DNA of 64,000 nucleotides from an uncultured Planctomycetia bacterium (lineage in GTDB: Bacteria > Omnitrophota > Gorgyraeia > 2-01-FULL-45-10 > JAHFGN01): assembly GCA_964354545.1 (NCBI GenBank), contig CAYHAE010000006.1, positions 10,975-74,974 on the forward strand, in the 5' to 3' direction. Position numbers and translations under genes: made by a program. The notes under the pieces were generated by a model. It was not told the DNA's origin. It saw only the letters and a list, made by a program, of their open reading frames with translations, and searched no databases. Positions 49,587 to 59,090 of this stretch are shown piece after piece (position 1 is the first letter of the stretch; the number at the start of each line of letters is the position of its first letter).

Positions 49587-50333
49587 TTACCCCATGAAAC
49601 TGAGAAGCAGCATGATCACTATACCGAAAACGATGGATAGGAGCTGCTGGAGAGATTTCCATGGCAACACTTCTTTATTGAGCTCCGGTATCAGGTCCGA
49701 ACCTGCGATATAGATAAAACCTCCCGCGGTGAAGGGAAGGACATAGAGGGAGAAGTTCTTTACCTGCGGGCCCATCGCGAGAGTGAGGAGGCATCCGAAT
49801 ATCGCGAGCGTCGCGCAGAGGAAGTTCAAGACCAGGGCCGTCCTGCGGGAGAGGCCGCCGTGAATAAGGATGCCGAAGTCGCCTATCTCCTGAGGTATTT
49901 CGTGCAAGACCACCGCAATCGTGGTCGCGATGCCGATGGGGATGTCTATCGCATAGCTCGCCCCGATGATAACGCCGTCGATCACGTTGTGGAGTCCGTC
50001 GCCGATGAGGTTCATGTAGACGACCGAATGGGGGCGATGCTCTGACTCGGGAAGGTGGCAGTGCCTCCAGCAGACGAACTTCTCCAGGATAAAGAAGGTG
50101 AGCATGCCCGCGATGACGAGGGCCGACGTGATGATATTCGAACCTATCTTCTCGTACGATTCCGGCAGGAGGTGAATGAACACATCTCCAAAGAGAGCGC
50201 CGACGGCAAAGCTCACGAGGAGGAGCACGATCTTCCTGAGCTTCTCCGTGCTCACGGAGATCGTAGTAACTCCGATGAGAGAGATGAGGCTCACAATGAA
50301 TACGCTTATGAGTGAATAGGCCCAGACCTTCAT
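49587..50333 (-). CDS. ZIP-family metal transporter (ZupT-like)
   Basis: HEIPQEIGDF metal-binding motif in a TM helix; start trimmed to MKVWAY. Confidence 0.8.
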   Translation of the reverse strand: MKVWAYSLISVFIVSLISLIGVTTISVSTEKLRKIVLLLVSFAVGALFGDVFIHLLPESYEKIGSNIITSALVIAGMLTFFILEKFVCWRHCHLPESEHRPHSVVYMNLIGDGLHNVIDGVIIGASYAIDIPIGIATTIAVVLHEIPQEIGDFGILIHGGLSRRTALVLNFLCATLAIFGCLLTLAMGPQVKNFSLYVLPFTAGGFIYIAGSDLIPELNKEVLPWKSLQQLLSIVFGIVIMLLLSFMG

Positions 50334-50337
50334 CGAA

Positions 50338-51507
50338 TCACGCTCCGCGGTCGTTGCCTGCCATGCCCTTGTGGGCACGGTAACACGCATCGAAATTCTT
50401 CACGAAATCCTCCAGAACCTTTGCGCCGTCGTAGAGATCTCTTACCCTTGCGTATTCGTCCGTGGCGTGCGCCTGGCCTCGGGCCCCGAAGCCAAAGCCG
50501 AGCGCCGGTATCCCGATCCTTTTAAAGAACGTGATGACCGTCGCGCCTTCGCTCCCCCTGATCTTCACGGCCCTGCCGTGCCCTACGAGCGTCCTCGCGA
50601 GGACCTTCACCAGGGGATGCGTCTTCTCGATCTCATACGGATCCTGTATGCTCTCCGCTTCTATCGCGTACCGTCGGGAAGAGCGCGCGGCGAGACGCTT
50701 TATCGCCGCCATGATCGAGCCTGAGTCCATTCCGGGGAGGAACCTCAGGTCCGCCTCGAACTCGCAGTAGTCTGCGACGATGTTCACCTTGTCTCCGCCC
50801 CTTATCGTGCCGATGTTCACCGTCGGACCCCTTAAGAGGGAATGAGGCGTGAATGAGAACTTCATGGCCTTGAGCGCGTGGATGATCTCGACCGACTTCT
50901 CTATGGCGTTCGTTCCCCTCCACGGGTAGGCGCCGTGTGCCTTTTTCCCAAATACCTTTACTTTACAATGTATGAGGCCTTTTTGGACAACGAGGATGTC
51001 GAAATCGTCGCCGTCGAGGATGAGCGCCGCCTTCGGCCTCACGATCCCCCTGTCAATGAGCGGGATGATCCCGGCCCTGCTGCCGCGCTCTTCATCGGCC
51101 GTGGCGGCAAAGACCACGTCGAGGCGCAAGAGGGTCCTCTCTTCCACGAGGCTCGTCATCGCCTCAAGGCATGAGGCGAGCGTACCTTTGCAGTCCGTGG
51201 CCCCGCGGCCGTATATCCTCCCGCTCCTCACGGTACCTTTAAATGGAGCGAAGGTCCAGCCGTTTCCCGCCGGGACCGTATCCAGGTGAGGGCTGAGGAG
51301 AAGCCCGTTCCCGCCGTCCATCCCTTTCAGCGTTCCGATCACATTGGGTCGACCGCGTGCGAACTCGTACGATCGGACGCGCAGGCCGAGACGCCTCAGA
51401 TACTTCGCCACCCATAGGGCGATCGTGCGCTCGTTCCCCGGAGGGTTCTCAGAATTGAGCTCGATCAGTTTCTTCGCAGTGGCAATGAGCCTCTTTTTAT
51501 TGACCAC
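50338..51507 (-). CDS. M20-family peptidase / ArgE-DapE-type deacylase
   Basis: Metal ligands SPHLDTVP ... GRGATDCKG. Confidence 0.8.
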   Translation of the reverse strand: MVNKKRLIATAKKLIELNSENPPGNERTIALWVAKYLRRLGLRVRSYEFARGRPNVIGTLKGMDGGNGLLLSPHLDTVPAGNGWTFAPFKGTVRSGRIYGRGATDCKGTLASCLEAMTSLVEERTLLRLDVVFAATADEERGSRAGIIPLIDRGIVRPKAALILDGDDFDILVVQKGLIHCKVKVFGKKAHGAYPWRGTNAIEKSVEIIHALKAMKFSFTPHSLLRGPTVNIGTIRGGDKVNIVADYCEFEADLRFLPGMDSGSIMAAIKRLAARSSRRYAIEAESIQDPYEIEKTHPLVKVLARTLVGHGRAVKIRGSEGATVITFFKRIGIPALGFGFGARGQAHATDEYARVRDLYDGAKVLEDFVKNFDACYRAHKGMAGNDRGA

Positions 51508-51515
51508 GGCATCCC

Positions 51516-52151
51516 CTATCGTTCCATCGCGAGGACCTTGACCTCGACCTTCCCTTTGAGAAGGTCATGAAATCTCTTTGCGTCGGCGGAGGAACCTGCG
51601 ACCTCGCCGTAGTGCATCGGTATGGCGACCTTCGGCTTCATCGCGAGCGCGGCTTCGGCCGCCTCCTCGGCGGTCATCACATAAGTGCCGCTTACCGGAA
51701 GGAAGGCGGCGTCGCACCCGTACCCCTTCATCTCGGGGATGAAATCGGTGTCGCCGGCATGGTAGAACCTTTTCCCTTCGATCGTGACGATGTAGCCGAC
51801 TTTGTGCGATGCCTTTGTGTGGAAGGGCTTATTCGTATTATACGCCGCCACCGCCTCAACGGCAACCCCCCCGAGATCTATCGAGTCGCCCGGCGATACC
51901 GCTCTCACCTCTTTACATCCGACCGCCCTGCGCACCTTCACCGCCGATGCCCCGTCGCAGACTATCACGGTATCTTGTGTGGAAATACGTTTGATATCAT
52001 CGAGCGAGAGATGGTCAAAATGGTCATGGCTCACAAAGATGATATCCGCCTTCTTAGAAGACCCCGGAAGTTTCCATGGGTCAAAATAGATCGTCTTGGG
52101 GCCGTCTATCCTGAAGCTCGCGTGGCCCAGCCAATGTACATTCTCTATCAT
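51516..52151 (-). CDS. MBL-fold metallo-hydrolase
   Basis: Motif FVSHDHFDH; start trimmed to MIENVHW. Confidence 0.75.
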   Translation of the reverse strand: MIENVHWLGHASFRIDGPKTIYFDPWKLPGSSKKADIIFVSHDHFDHLSLDDIKRISTQDTVIVCDGASAVKVRRAVGCKEVRAVSPGDSIDLGGVAVEAVAAYNTNKPFHTKASHKVGYIVTIEGKRFYHAGDTDFIPEMKGYGCDAAFLPVSGTYVMTAEEAAEAALAMKPKVAIPMHYGEVAGSSADAKRFHDLLKGKVEVKVLAMER

Positions 52152-52259
52152 TGCGGTCACCTCCCTGCCTTGCCCAGCTCCTTCTTTTTTAGATCCTCCG
52201 CGGTCTCGCCTTATTCGCATAATGGCCTGCGGCCATGGTAAGCTCGTAGAGGCCGGTCT

Positions 52260-53282
52260 TCACGCCGCAGGATAGAGCGCCCTCCCATCCAGGACCGTGC
52301 CGCACGCGGGGCATATGCCTCCTTTCAACCTATTCTCACGGATGCTGAACCCGGACCTCCTGATGAGCAGCCCGCCGCACTGATAGCAATAGGTATTCTC
52401 TTCCTCTGCAACGTTTCCTAAATATATGTAGCGGAGGCCCGCCTCTTTCCCGATCTCATATGCCATCCGTAACGTTGCGAGCGGGGTCGCGTCGACGTCC
52501 GTCATTTTATAGTCCGGATGAAACCGGGAGACGTGCCAGGGTATCTCTGGTCCTACGCCCGCGAGAAAGGCGGCGAGCTTCTTCAATTCCTCGCGCGAGT
52601 CGTTCATGCCCGGAAGGACGAGCGTCGTGACCTCAACCCAGATCCCCAATGACTTCATCGTCTCGATGGACCTCACCACGCCGCGCAATTGGGCGCCGCA
52701 GACCTTCCGATAGTATTCCTCGTTAAATGCCTTGAGGTCGACGTTCGCAGCGTCCAAATACGGCCGGATGAGTTCGAGCGCCTCCTCCGTCATATAACCA
52801 TTGGTGACGAACACATTATAGAGCCCGTCCTCCTTCGCGAGCACGGATGTCTCATAGGCATATTCAAAAAATATCGTCGGTTCCGTATATGTGTAGGAGA
52901 TGCTCGGGCACCCATGCCTCTTGGCCTCGGCGACGATCCGCTCGGGCGACATCCCGACCGAGTCGACGCCCAACCTCTTTGCCTCTTTCGCCTGGGATAT
53001 CTCCCAGTTCTGGCAGAATCCGCACCGGAAGTTGCAGCCTATGGCCGCGAACGAAAACGAGGCGGTGCCGGGAAGGAGATGAAAGATGGGTTTTTTTTCA
53101 ATCGGGTCAACGTGCGCCGCGACCGCCTCTCCATATGCGCTCGTATAGAGCGTCCCTTGTCTATTCTCCCTCACCGCGCAAATGCCGGATTTTCCTTCGG
53201 GGATCTGGCAGCGGTGACGGCAGAGAAGACAGGATACCCCGAGGTTCTCCTTCTTCGTATACAGCATCGCCTCTTTCAGCAT
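52260..53282 (-). CDS. Radical SAM enzyme of the AmmeMemoRadiSam / PflA-activase-like type
   Basis: Extra N-terminal Cys cluster CLLCRHRCQ...C and the radical SAM motif CNFRCGFC; start trimmed to MLKEAML. Confidence 0.7.
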   Translation of the reverse strand: MLKEAMLYTKKENLGVSCLLCRHRCQIPEGKSGICAVRENRQGTLYTSAYGEAVAAHVDPIEKKPIFHLLPGTASFSFAAIGCNFRCGFCQNWEISQAKEAKRLGVDSVGMSPERIVAEAKRHGCPSISYTYTEPTIFFEYAYETSVLAKEDGLYNVFVTNGYMTEEALELIRPYLDAANVDLKAFNEEYYRKVCGAQLRGVVRSIETMKSLGIWVEVTTLVLPGMNDSREELKKLAAFLAGVGPEIPWHVSRFHPDYKMTDVDATPLATLRMAYEIGKEAGLRYIYLGNVAEEENTYCYQCGGLLIRRSGFSIRENRLKGGICPACGTVLDGRALYPAA

Positions 53283-53983
53283 GGTGAGGCCTGTCCTCCT
53301 CCCGCGCGGTCCCGCAGCGAGCTCACGAAGCCGAGCGCATTGCCCGGGCAGGCCGAAACGCAGAGCCCACATTGGAGACAATCCCTGTCCTTCACGATCC
53401 TTTTGCCCTCTCCTTTATACCGGAGAGGCGAGATCTGCATGGGGCAAACCTTGGCGCAGAGACCGCACTCAGTACACCGAGCAGAATCTATCGTCATCGA
53501 CTTCCTTCTCGTGCCGATGAGATTGACGATTGTGCCGATCGGACAGATGTAGCACCAGGTCCGCTGGTGGAATATCAAGGCGAGTATGACTCCCAGCGCG
53601 GTGGTCGTGGTGAGGAGCGTCACAAATGCCTTCCCCATCCTGTCGAGGTCGGGCCAGCGCTGGACAAGCATGACAGTCATGATGGACATGAGGACGGAGA
53701 GGATGCCGATCCTGAACGGCATGCGTTTAATGAAAGGCGGGATCTTTTTTTGAGGGCTTGCGCTTTTCACTATCGTGTCGTAGAAGCTCCCCCTCGGACA
53801 TGCCCAGTCGCACCACGCGCGCCCCCGACCAAAACCGACCGCGATGCCTATGACCATGCATAGGGGTATGAAGTAACCGAGGAGATGCCAACGCCACCCG
53901 CCGGCGAGGATCGCGAGGAACAGGACGGCCATGAGTATCTGCTTTGCCCTCCGCCTCTTTGCATGTCTTTGATAGTCGGCCAT
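53276..53983 (-). CDS. Membrane-bound polyferredoxin (NapH/CcoG-like 4Fe-4S protein)
   Basis: TMs plus two ferredoxin motifs CTECGLCAKVCP and CLQCGLCVSACP. Confidence 0.7.
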   Translation of the reverse strand: MADYQRHAKRRRAKQILMAVLFLAILAGGWRWHLLGYFIPLCMVIGIAVGFGRGRAWCDWACPRGSFYDTIVKSASPQKKIPPFIKRMPFRIGILSVLMSIMTVMLVQRWPDLDRMGKAFVTLLTTTTALGVILALIFHQRTWCYICPIGTIVNLIGTRRKSMTIDSARCTECGLCAKVCPMQISPLRYKGEGKRIVKDRDCLQCGLCVSACPGNALGFVSSLRDRAGGGQASPC

Positions 53984-53995
53984 GGTCCTCCTACC

Positions 53996-54904
53996 TTACC
54001 TATTGCGCACCACGTAGGCGAACGCGCTGAGCGCAGCCTTCGACCCTTCTCCCGCAGCGATGATGATCTGCTTCTCCGGGATATCGGTGACGTCGCCGGC
54101 GGCAAAGATGCCGGGGACGTTCGTTTCGTTGCGGTAGTTTATCTTTATCTCTCCGAGCTTATTTTTCTCCGCATCCTTTGCAAATTGAGAATTAGGAATG
54201 AGCCCGATCTCTACAAACACACCCTGGACGGGGAGCAGCTCTTCTTTGGCGCCTCTTTGTATCCGTATCCCGTTCACCATCCTGTCGCCGAGCACGGCCG
54301 TTACCCGCGAGTTGTTGAAGACGGTGATGAGCGGGCTTCCCATGACCTTTTCTCTCATAATGGCGTCGCCGCCGAGCTTCGGGGCAATGTTGACGATGTG
54401 GACGTGGCGGGCGATCTTTGTCAATTGCAACACAGCGTCCAGGGCCGAATTCCCTCCCCCGATCACCGCAACGTCTTTGCCGGCAAAGAGAGGCCCGTCG
54501 CATGTGGCGCAGTAGGTGAGGCCCCTGTTCTTGAATTCCCTCTCGCCGGGGACGTTCATCTCCCTCGATTTCTTTCCGGAGGCGATGATCGAGGCGGCGG
54601 CTTCATATTCACCCTTAGCGGTCTTCGCACATACCTTCGCGCCTGCCTTCTTGAGTTCAAGGACTTCCTCGTTCTCCTTGACGGTGATGCCGAATTTTCG
54701 CATGTGGTCTTCGAACTTTTCCGCGAGCTCGGGCCCCGTGATGAACTGATATCCGGTGTAGTTCTCTATATCACCGCTCCACGCCGCCTGCCCGCCAATA
54801 TCGCCCGTGAGAACCACGAGGTCCATCCTCTTGCGCGCCGCGTATACTGCGGCCGTGATGCCGGCAGGTCCTGCCCCGATGATGATGAGGTCATGCATGA
54901 TCAC
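53996..54904 (-). CDS. trxB: Thioredoxin-disulfide reductase
   Basis: FAD motif GAGPAG; redox-active CATCDG. Confidence 0.9.
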   Translation of the reverse strand: MIMHDLIIIGAGPAGITAAVYAARKRMDLVVLTGDIGGQAAWSGDIENYTGYQFITGPELAEKFEDHMRKFGITVKENEEVLELKKAGAKVCAKTAKGEYEAAASIIASGKKSREMNVPGEREFKNRGLTYCATCDGPLFAGKDVAVIGGGNSALDAVLQLTKIARHVHIVNIAPKLGGDAIMREKVMGSPLITVFNNSRVTAVLGDRMVNGIRIQRGAKEELLPVQGVFVEIGLIPNSQFAKDAEKNKLGEIKINYRNETNVPGIFAAGDVTDIPEKQIIIAAGEGSKAALSAFAYVVRNR

Positions 54905-54916
54905 ACCCGCGTTGGC

Positions 54917-55153
54917 TTACAACTCCAACGCCCTCTTTATTCCTTCCTTGTCAAATCCTACGACGATCTCGCCGTCGATATCGAGCACCGGTACACCCAT
55001 CTGCCCTGATTTATCGACCATCTCCTGGACCTTATCAGGGTTCGCCGATACATCGATGTCCTCAAACACAATGTTGCTATCCCTCAAGAACTGCTTTGTC
55101 CTGATGCAGAACGGGCATGTAGGGGTGCTGTACACCGTCACCTTCTTATCCAT
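54917..55153 (-). CDS. Glutaredoxin-like protein (NrdH/Grx)
   Basis: Active site TPTCPFC; 78 aa. Confidence 0.8.
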   Translation of the reverse strand: MDKKVTVYSTPTCPFCIRTKQFLRDSNIVFEDIDVSANPDKVQEMVDKSGQMGVPVLDIDGEIVVGFDKEGIKRALEL

Positions 55154-55223
55154 CCAATCCTCCTTCAGAACGCCTGTGACTTAAACTCCGTGCGAGGCAG
55201 ACAGATTTAAAATTCTAAATATT

Positions 55224-55367
55224 AAATCCGAAATCCGAAATTCGAAGCTCGAAACAAATCTAACGCAAGGCACTTTAGCATCTCGAATTTCGATATTTGA
55301 ATTTCGGATTTAACATGCCTTTTACGCACAGTTTTGTTTCGGATTTCGTATTTCGTGCTTCGAATTT
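55224..55367. promoter_or_regulatory. AT-rich dyad array of about 9-nt units (AAATCCGAA ... TTTCGGATTT) between the rubrerythrin-like gene and the grx-trxB start
   Basis: Left half AAATCCGAAATCCGAAATTCGAAGCTCGAAAC; right half TTTCGGATTTCGTATTTCGTGCTTCGAATTT. The unit TTTCGGATTTCGTATTT also occurs at 31124..31140. Confidence 0.45.
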
Positions 55368-55372
55368 TCTTC

Positions 55373-55849
55373 TTACAGCTTCTTCTTGAGCTTTGACAGC
55401 TGCATCAGGTGATTTTGCTCTTGCCCTATCAGCCCATCGACTACCGCGTGGTCGCTGTCCGGCACAACCTTTTTCATGCCTTCGTAGAAGAGGATCGAAT
55501 CCTTCTCGAACCCTATGCCCATCTCGATGGCCTGCACGTCGCTTTTTACGGTTCTGGCGATCTCCGCCCCTTTGTCCTTCCGGGTAAAGACGTAATCGCT
55601 CGCGAGCGCGTTCATGTATGCGAAATACTCTCCCGGATAGGCCTCGGCCGGTTCATACTTCTCAACCGAATCGAGTATCCTCTGGAAGATGACGATGTGC
55701 TTTTCTTCTTCCCCCGCGAGGTAGTCGAATACCTCCCGAGCCTTTTTTACTTTTGACCCCTCTGACACGGCGCGATAGAAGTCCCTTCCGTTCTTCTCGA
55801 TCTGAATCCCGCACTCTGCTATCTCGCTGCCTGCAAAGATATTTGCCAT
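55373..55849 (-). CDS. Rubrerythrin/ferritin-like diiron protein (no rubredoxin domain)
   Basis: Two E..ExxH pairs (EEEKH, EQNHLMQL); start trimmed to MANIFAG. Confidence 0.6.
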   Translation of the reverse strand: MANIFAGSEIAECGIQIEKNGRDFYRAVSEGSKVKKAREVFDYLAGEEEKHIVIFQRILDSVEKYEPAEAYPGEYFAYMNALASDYVFTRKDKGAEIARTVKSDVQAIEMGIGFEKDSILFYEGMKKVVPDSDHAVVDGLIGQEQNHLMQLSKLKKKL

Positions 55850-55961
55850 GGTCTCTACCTCAAATTTGCTTTGCACATTTGATACTGAGGCAGCGCATGC
55901 TGCCGAAGTATCTTTTATATCCATACCACTATTCTCGAAGAGCCTCGCGTCTTCTTATTCA

Positions 55962-56357
55962 CTATTCAATCGCTATCTTTTTCGCGCTCTGCCACAACCC
56001 GTGGATATTGCAGTACGAAGAGGCGAGGATTGTGCCGGATTTATCCGTTTTGAGGACGCAGGCCGCTTCAGGATGCGTGTATATGGTGCTCGTATTGGGC
56101 CCTTGGACCGAAGCCCCGTGAGCGGTGAATTCGAACTTCCCGATCTGGTAAGGATATTTTTCACCATCCGGAAGAAAGTAGACACCTATCCACCCTATGT
56201 GATGTTCGGTAGTGTTTGGATGGGGTATCTCTTTCCCCACGCTTACAGTAACGCGAACGGGTTCTCCCTTCTTTCCCTTATCGGGTGATTCGACCGCCGG
56301 AACGTGTTTCTCTTTCTTCCAGTCCGCGGTCTGGAACAGGTCCTTTAAGTCCGCCAT
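55962..56357 (-). CDS. sor: Superoxide reductase, 1Fe class (neelaredoxin-type)
   Basis: Centre II ligand motifs EKHVP, PHPNTTEHHIGWI and CNIHGLW; no N-terminal desulforedoxin domain. Confidence 0.85.
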   Translation of the reverse strand: MADLKDLFQTADWKKEKHVPAVESPDKGKKGEPVRVTVSVGKEIPHPNTTEHHIGWIGVYFLPDGEKYPYQIGKFEFTAHGASVQGPNTSTIYTHPEAACVLKTDKSGTILASSYCNIHGLWQSAKKIAIE

Positions 56358-56466
56358 CGCTTACCTCCCTTCCATGAGGACACGACCAAAAAGGACGCGA
56401 CACACGCCTACCTTCCTCTCGGATCGTTTCTTTGATTATGCGAATTGGAACCCCCGAGGATCCCTG

Positions 56467-56970
56467 CTATAAAAGGTCCTCGAACTTCTCCTCGTGCTCC
56501 ACTTCCTCTGCGAGGATATGGCACGCGAGCTGGTACGTCACGTGGTCCTTGCCCTGTGTCTTTGCCGCGATCTTGTTATAGACGTCGATCGCGCCCGCCT
56601 CCGCCTCGGTGACGACCTTGATCATGGCCTTGTAGTCATCGGTGGCTTTGGGCGGATTCGGATAAGGCGCGTTCGCGTGTTTCTCGAGCTCCAGGGGACT
56701 CGCGAGCGGCATCCCGCCGAGCTCCTGAATTCTATTCGCGAGCTCCCCTGCGTGCTCTGCCTCGTCCTTCGCGATCTCCTCGAGAAATTCGCTCATGTCT
56801 TCATACCCCTGGCCCGTCACAGTCCGTGCCATGTGCAGGTAAGAAAAATGGGCAAACCATTCATCGGCGTACGCCCTGTTCAGATCTTTGATCAGATCCT
56901 TCACATCAACTGCTGCAACCTTAGTCCCTTCTTTTCCCATGAGTATCTCTCCCTTTTTTATGTAGGTCAA
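56467..56970 (-). CDS. Ferritin-like diiron protein (bacterioferritin/Dps-like)
   Basis: ExxH pairs DEAEHAGEL and AEEVEHEEKF. Confidence 0.7.
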   Translation of the reverse strand: MTYIKKGEILMGKEGTKVAAVDVKDLIKDLNRAYADEWFAHFSYLHMARTVTGQGYEDMSEFLEEIAKDEAEHAGELANRIQELGGMPLASPLELEKHANAPYPNPPKATDDYKAMIKVVTEAEAGAIDVYNKIAAKTQGKDHVTYQLACHILAEEVEHEEKFEDLL

Positions 56971-57012
56971 AAAAATTGTGCGCTATCTTCCGCGGCAGCG
57001 TCCGCACTGCGA

Positions 57013-57120
57013 TCACTTTTTCCTTGGTTTCATATCTTCGCCGCAGCAGATGATGTCGCACTCCTCGACACAGCCGCATGCGTTATTGACGGTCACCATC
57101 ATGCCGCACGCCCCGCACAC
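57013..57120 (-). CDS. Desulforedoxin-like mini-protein (35 aa; CxxC...CC Fe(Cys)4 motif)
   Basis: Minus-strand translation from GTG 57120..57118, which has a GGGGAAG SD-like run upstream: VCGACGMMVTVNNACGCVEECDIICCGEDMKPRKK*. The CxxCG...CCGEDM pattern is as in D. gigas desulforedoxin. The frame stays open upstream to GTG 57189, a possible 58-aa form with a basic N-terminal extension. Not in the ORF track because it is under 60 aa. Confidence 0.5.
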   Translation of the reverse strand: MCGACGMMVTVNNACGCVEECDIICCGEDMKPRKK

Positions 57121-57202
57121 ATAACGCTTCCCCTTTCTCGATTTCACCGCCTTGGACCTTGTCCTGGACTTCGTCGGAATACCCTTCACCTCCTTTCGTC
57201 AT

Positions 57203-58390
57203 TTATCCCAGCGACTGTGCAAACTCCTTCCCGTACTCATAGCAGCGCGTGATCTCTTTCTCATCCGGGACATACTTGAAAGAGATGGAAGGCCGGATCG
57301 TTTCGATCCCCGCCTCCTTGAGCACCCCCTCGATCCCGTTCACCGCTCCGCCCGACCACCCGTACGAACCGAATGCGCATGCGACCCTGCTCTTGGGCTT
57401 GAGCCCTTTAAGGAACGCCAGGAACCCTGCAACGGCGGGGAGCATGTCGTTATCGTGGGTGGACGAGCCGATGATGAATCCCTTCGCGTCGAGCATCGCT
57501 TTCACTACCTCTGTACGGTCGGACTGGGCGATATCGAAGAGCCTCACGCCCGTCCCCCCGTCGATGACCCCTTCTGCGATCGCGCGGGCCATCTTCTCCG
57601 TCGCGCCCCACATCGTCTCGTACACTACCACGACTTTCCGTTTCGTCTCATTTCTCGCCCACCCGAGATATGCGCGCACGATCTTCATCGGGTCCTTGCG
57701 CCATATGATCCCGTGGCTCGGGGCGATCATGGTGATGGGGATATTGAGTTTCTGGACCTCTTCTATCTTCCTTGCGATGAGGGAGCTAAGGGGCCAGAGG
57801 ATATTCGCATAGTACTTAGCGGCCTCATCCATAAGCTCGGCCTCATTGACCTCGTCTTCAAACCTCTCGGCAGTCGCATAGTGTTGCCCGAAGGCGTCGT
57901 TGGGAAGGAGGAGCTGCTCCTCGGGACAATAGGTGAACATGCTGTCCGGCCAGTGGATCATGGGCGCCTCGATGAAGGCCAGGGTCCTCGCGCCCAACTT
58001 CACCGAATCACCCGTCTTCACCACCTGGAAATCCATGTTCGCGTAATAGTGCTTGAAGAGCCCCTCTTTACACTTTGCCGTACCAAAGACCTTCGCCTTT
58101 GGACAATGTTTCAGTATCACGGGCAGCGCTCCGGAGTGGTCGGTCTCCACGTGGTTGATGATGATGTTGTCGATCTTGTCCGGAGGCACTATCGCTCTTA
58201 TCCTTTCGATCATCTCCTGCGCGAACGGCCCATAGACCGTATCCACGAGCGTAATCTTGTCGTCGACGATGAGATAGGCGTTGTAGGTAGTCCCTCTTTG
58301 TGTCGTATAGGTATGCCCGTGGAAATTCTTCACGTTCCAGTCGACGACGCCTACCCAGTAGATCTTCTTCTTTATTTCAACGGGCTTCAT
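57203..58390 (-). CDS. fprA: Flavodiiron protein (FprA / rubredoxin:oxygen oxidoreductase class A)
   Basis: Metallo-beta-lactamase-like diiron domain HVETDHSG plus a C-terminal flavodoxin domain. Confidence 0.9.
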   Translation of the reverse strand: MKPVEIKKKIYWVGVVDWNVKNFHGHTYTTQRGTTYNAYLIVDDKITLVDTVYGPFAQEMIERIRAIVPPDKIDNIIINHVETDHSGALPVILKHCPKAKVFGTAKCKEGLFKHYYANMDFQVVKTGDSVKLGARTLAFIEAPMIHWPDSMFTYCPEEQLLLPNDAFGQHYATAERFEDEVNEAELMDEAAKYYANILWPLSSLIARKIEEVQKLNIPITMIAPSHGIIWRKDPMKIVRAYLGWARNETKRKVVVVYETMWGATEKMARAIAEGVIDGGTGVRLFDIAQSDRTEVVKAMLDAKGFIIGSSTHDNDMLPAVAGFLAFLKGLKPKSRVACAFGSYGWSGGAVNGIEGVLKEAGIETIRPSISFKYVPDEKEITRCYEYGKEFAQSLG

Positions 58391-59088
58391 TGCGTGCCCC
58401 CCTCTTTTACAAATTCACTCTTACCCGCGCCGCAGACAGGGCAGACCCACGCTTCAGGAAGTTTCTCGAAAGGCGTGCCTGGCTGGACCCCGCCATCAGG
58501 GTCCCCGGACGCAGGGTCGTAGATATAATTACAGACGACGCACCGATATTTTTGCAGCGGGGTGAGCCGCGCTTTCCCGCCCTCTTCTCTGATGAACGTG
58601 GGCGCGGTCTCCGGGGTCGTTCCGCGCTTCACCTGGTGGTAGTACTCATACGTGAGCGGCTTCCCTGCCTTCACTACCTTCGAGTCTTCCGCTTCTCCCA
58701 GAAAAAGCGTATGCGTCCCGCAATCAAGACTATTCGTCACCCTCACCTCGAGGTATCCGATCGCATGGTCAAGGACCACGGGACAGCCTGACGAGAGCAC
58801 CGTGACGTTCACGCCTTTGAATTTATCCTCGTTCCTCCCGGACTTGAAACCGAACTTTCCCACAAAGGCAAGGGGCGTGGCTTCTTCGAGGATGGTAAGG
58901 CTGAACCGCCCGCTCGATACTATGTACTCATGGGTAAGATTACTTTTATTGATGCTCACCGCGATCGTGACCGGTTCGCTCGTTATCTGGAACACGGTAT
59001 TGACGATCTGGCCGTTGAAGACGCTGCCTTTCTTCGAAGAGACTATATACATCCCGTAACTGATATTGTGCAACACGTTCGGGTCCAT
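58387..59088 (-). CDS. High-molecular-weight rubredoxin (flavin-reductase-like domain fused to a C-terminal rubredoxin), Hrb-type partner of FprA
   Basis: Flavin_Reduct N-domain; C-terminal [12 protein letters not shown]...[10 protein letters not shown] rubredoxin; 4-nt overlap with fprA. Confidence 0.8.
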   Translation of the reverse strand: MDPNVLHNISYGMYIVSSKKGSVFNGQIVNTVFQITSEPVTIAVSINKSNLTHEYIVSSGRFSLTILEEATPLAFVGKFGFKSGRNEDKFKGVNVTVLSSGCPVVLDHAIGYLEVRVTNSLDCGTHTLFLGEAEDSKVVKAGKPLTYEYYHQVKRGTTPETAPTFIREEGGKARLTPLQKYRCVVCNYIYDPASGDPDGGVQPGTPFEKLPEAWVCPVCGAGKSEFVKEGGTQ

Positions 59089-59090
59089 CG

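Noticed and set aside
49432-49662. 76-aa minus-strand ORF
   Set aside because: Overlaps the 3' end of the ZIP transporter gene in another frame. The MscS-like C-terminal string GIVMPYPIRSIDYEQ may be a relic but is not supportable as a gene.
57190-57202. ATG at 57202 as the start of the desulforedoxin-like ORF
   Set aside because: It is in a different frame: it gives a 38-aa Gly/Glu-rich peptide ending before the Cys motif. The Cys-motif frame has only GTG starts.
57152-58522. 456-aa plus-strand ORF
   Set aside because: Antisense shadow of fprA and hrb, with Arg/His/Asp-rich composition.
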